Under the pieces are notes generated by a model. That model was not told the DNA's origin. It searched no databases and worked only from the letters and a program-made list of their open reading frames with translations. A program made the position numbers and the translations under genes. Of a stretch of DNA of 64,000 bases, positions 39,423 to 64,000 are shown piece by piece. This DNA comes from Eledone cirrhosa (Eukaryota), in contig OZ024749.1 in assembly GCA_964016885.1 (NCBI GenBank), positions 39,432,001 to 39,496,000 of the forward strand, written 5' to 3'. Position 1 is the stretch's first letter. Each line of letters starts with the position of its first letter.

Positions 39423-41466
39423 AACAATATTGTCAAAAAAAAGAAAAAAAGAAAACTATTTTGTTCACTATATCAAAAGTCAGAAAACACTAAAAGTCTT
39501 CTAGTATATAGTATTAGACCAATTCAAGCCTTATCAGTGTAAATGGACAAAAAATAATAGGATACCTGTTAAATAAACTATACCAGTTGTTAAGAGTTAG
39601 GTTTAACCTGTTGACTGCCATTTATATTTTACACAGCTACAGTTGCTGTGCCGGTTCTTTTGGGGTTTTTTCAGCAAAATGACTATTTTTTTAACGATAT
39701 ATCTGAATGATCGACAAAGGTCATGTCAATAAACTAGTAATTCCATCTAGCTTTGAAGTGATGAACTGTTGAAAAAGAGGTCAAACATGTTAGGACGAGT
39801 TATCTCAACTGTGACACTGGAATGCATACATGTTAGGACAAGTTGCCTCGTCTATGGCACTGAAGGGGTTAATATGTTGTGCAGTTTAACAACAACAATT
39901 GGTTCTTGGGTGCCTTAACCTTTTAGCATTTAAACCAGCTGTATCTGACCAGAATTCTCTCACCTCTTTCTGTTCAAACCGGCTGTAATTGGCCACTCAT
40001 ATTGATGTTAAAGTATTGTTCTCAAAATAAATAATATCAAAATCTCATAGATTTAATATTATTTGAGATAAAGCCTATATTGCGAAAATACAATAGTAAA
40101 TATAGAGTAATGTAAATGGTAAAGGGTTAATTCTTTCCTTACCTACTGTATTTCTAATGAAATACTTTCTTTTAAGTAATCAATGAAGAATTTATTAAAA
40201 TTATAACTTCATTAAAGTGGCATTTGTAACATAACAAAATGTTCTTATATAAAATTATGTTGGAAAGTTTTAATTTAATAAGGGACCCTTTAAAATAGGT
40301 GGTTTTGTTTCATAGAAGTGATTCTGGGTTGGGTGGTACCAATACCTTCCAGTTTCTAATGAAAGAAACTGCATATAATTTTCAAATAGTTTTGAAAATA
40401 ATCAAGAATTTGGAGGGATTTAATAATTTAACTATCTTCCACATTATTAAGCTATAGAAGTTTTTTTTTTAGATAAATATAAGGCATTTTAACGTTTTTG
40501 CATCATATATATGTATGGACCTATAACTCCTAGTAGAGTCGTAGGGACACTTTAAACTTGGCAGAGCCCATCCCTTGCTGTGTCTGAACACAGCCAATGT
40601 CATCTAGAGAAGGATAAATAGTAGGAAAAATGTAGAGGGAGAATTGACTCCAGTACTTAATGACGGGTACTTTTTTTTTTTATCCATCTCAAAAGTATGA
40701 AAAGTAAAGTTGACCATATCTGCATTTGAACTCAGAGTGCAGAGAGCTAGAACAAATATCACAAAGCTTGCTATCCAATGTTCTAACAACACTGCCAATT
40801 AACTGTCTACAATGTTTAAAATGATGCTTAATAATATTGGAACATTTCTGATGGTCATAGTCGCTGTTACTTTCCTCTCACCAAACCATAAACAAAAACT
40901 TTGTTTTCAAATCCTACTGACATTGACTTTTTTCTTTCTTTCTTCCTTCCACTATCAATAATATACTGAAACCGGTTCCAGTGATTAACCCCTCTTTTTC
41001 AAATTGTGCCACTTTAAGAGATCATTCTTATTAATTTCAATAATGGAATAATATCAAACATTTTGGTATCTTTGATTGTTTTATTTAACTCTGTCATGTA
41101 CCAAGTTTTCACCAAGATACTATAGACATTTGAATTTACAGGCCTGTTCTTAGATATCTTCTGTTAAATCATTACAAGATATAAAAAAATTAACTTTAAA
41201 TACCCTGGACCACTTCAGACTACATTTGGAAAATACAAAACAGCACTATGACTACATCACATTTAAAAGTAAAATGTTTACTTCAGGTTACTACAATGAT
41301 CTGTCCAATAGAAAAGATAATATAAACATTTAAATTAATAGACTTGTCTTCAGATATTTTCTGCTAAATCATTGCAGGATGTTAAGAGTTAATAAACTGA
41401 CAAGGAGATATATTTTCGAGTTTCTTGAGATGGAATTTTATATAATTGATGGCACATCTGTTTCAT

Positions 41467-63976
<22,510 letters not shown>

Positions 63977-64000
63977 GTTTATAAATGTTTGATAGATGAA

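Overview
AT-rich eukaryotic genomic DNA dense in microsatellites, SINEs and MITEs; the repeat landscape suggests an octopus (coleoid cephalopod), which is my inference. Two convergent spliced genes were reconstructed by hand with GT-AG junctions and consistent intron phases. (1) + strand USP6NL/RN-tre-like TBC Rab-GAP: 13 coding exons, 9815-37642, about 661 aa. (2) - strand TSNAXIP1-like coiled-coil protein: 15 coding exons, 63976-41467, about 670 aa. The introns hold tRNA-headed SINEs, RTE and R4-like LINE fragments, piggyBac-type and Tc1/mariner-type MITEs, and minisatellites. The most notable signal is a set of short elements embedded in (TA)n tracts that carry minimal type I hammerhead ribozyme motifs (stem I-CUGANGA-stem II-GAAA-palindromic stem III-UH-stem I). 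Several are intact and one base pair covaries between copies, consistent with a Penelope-pLTR/retrozyme-like family. Almost all ORF-track entries are artefacts of microsatellites or minisatellites.
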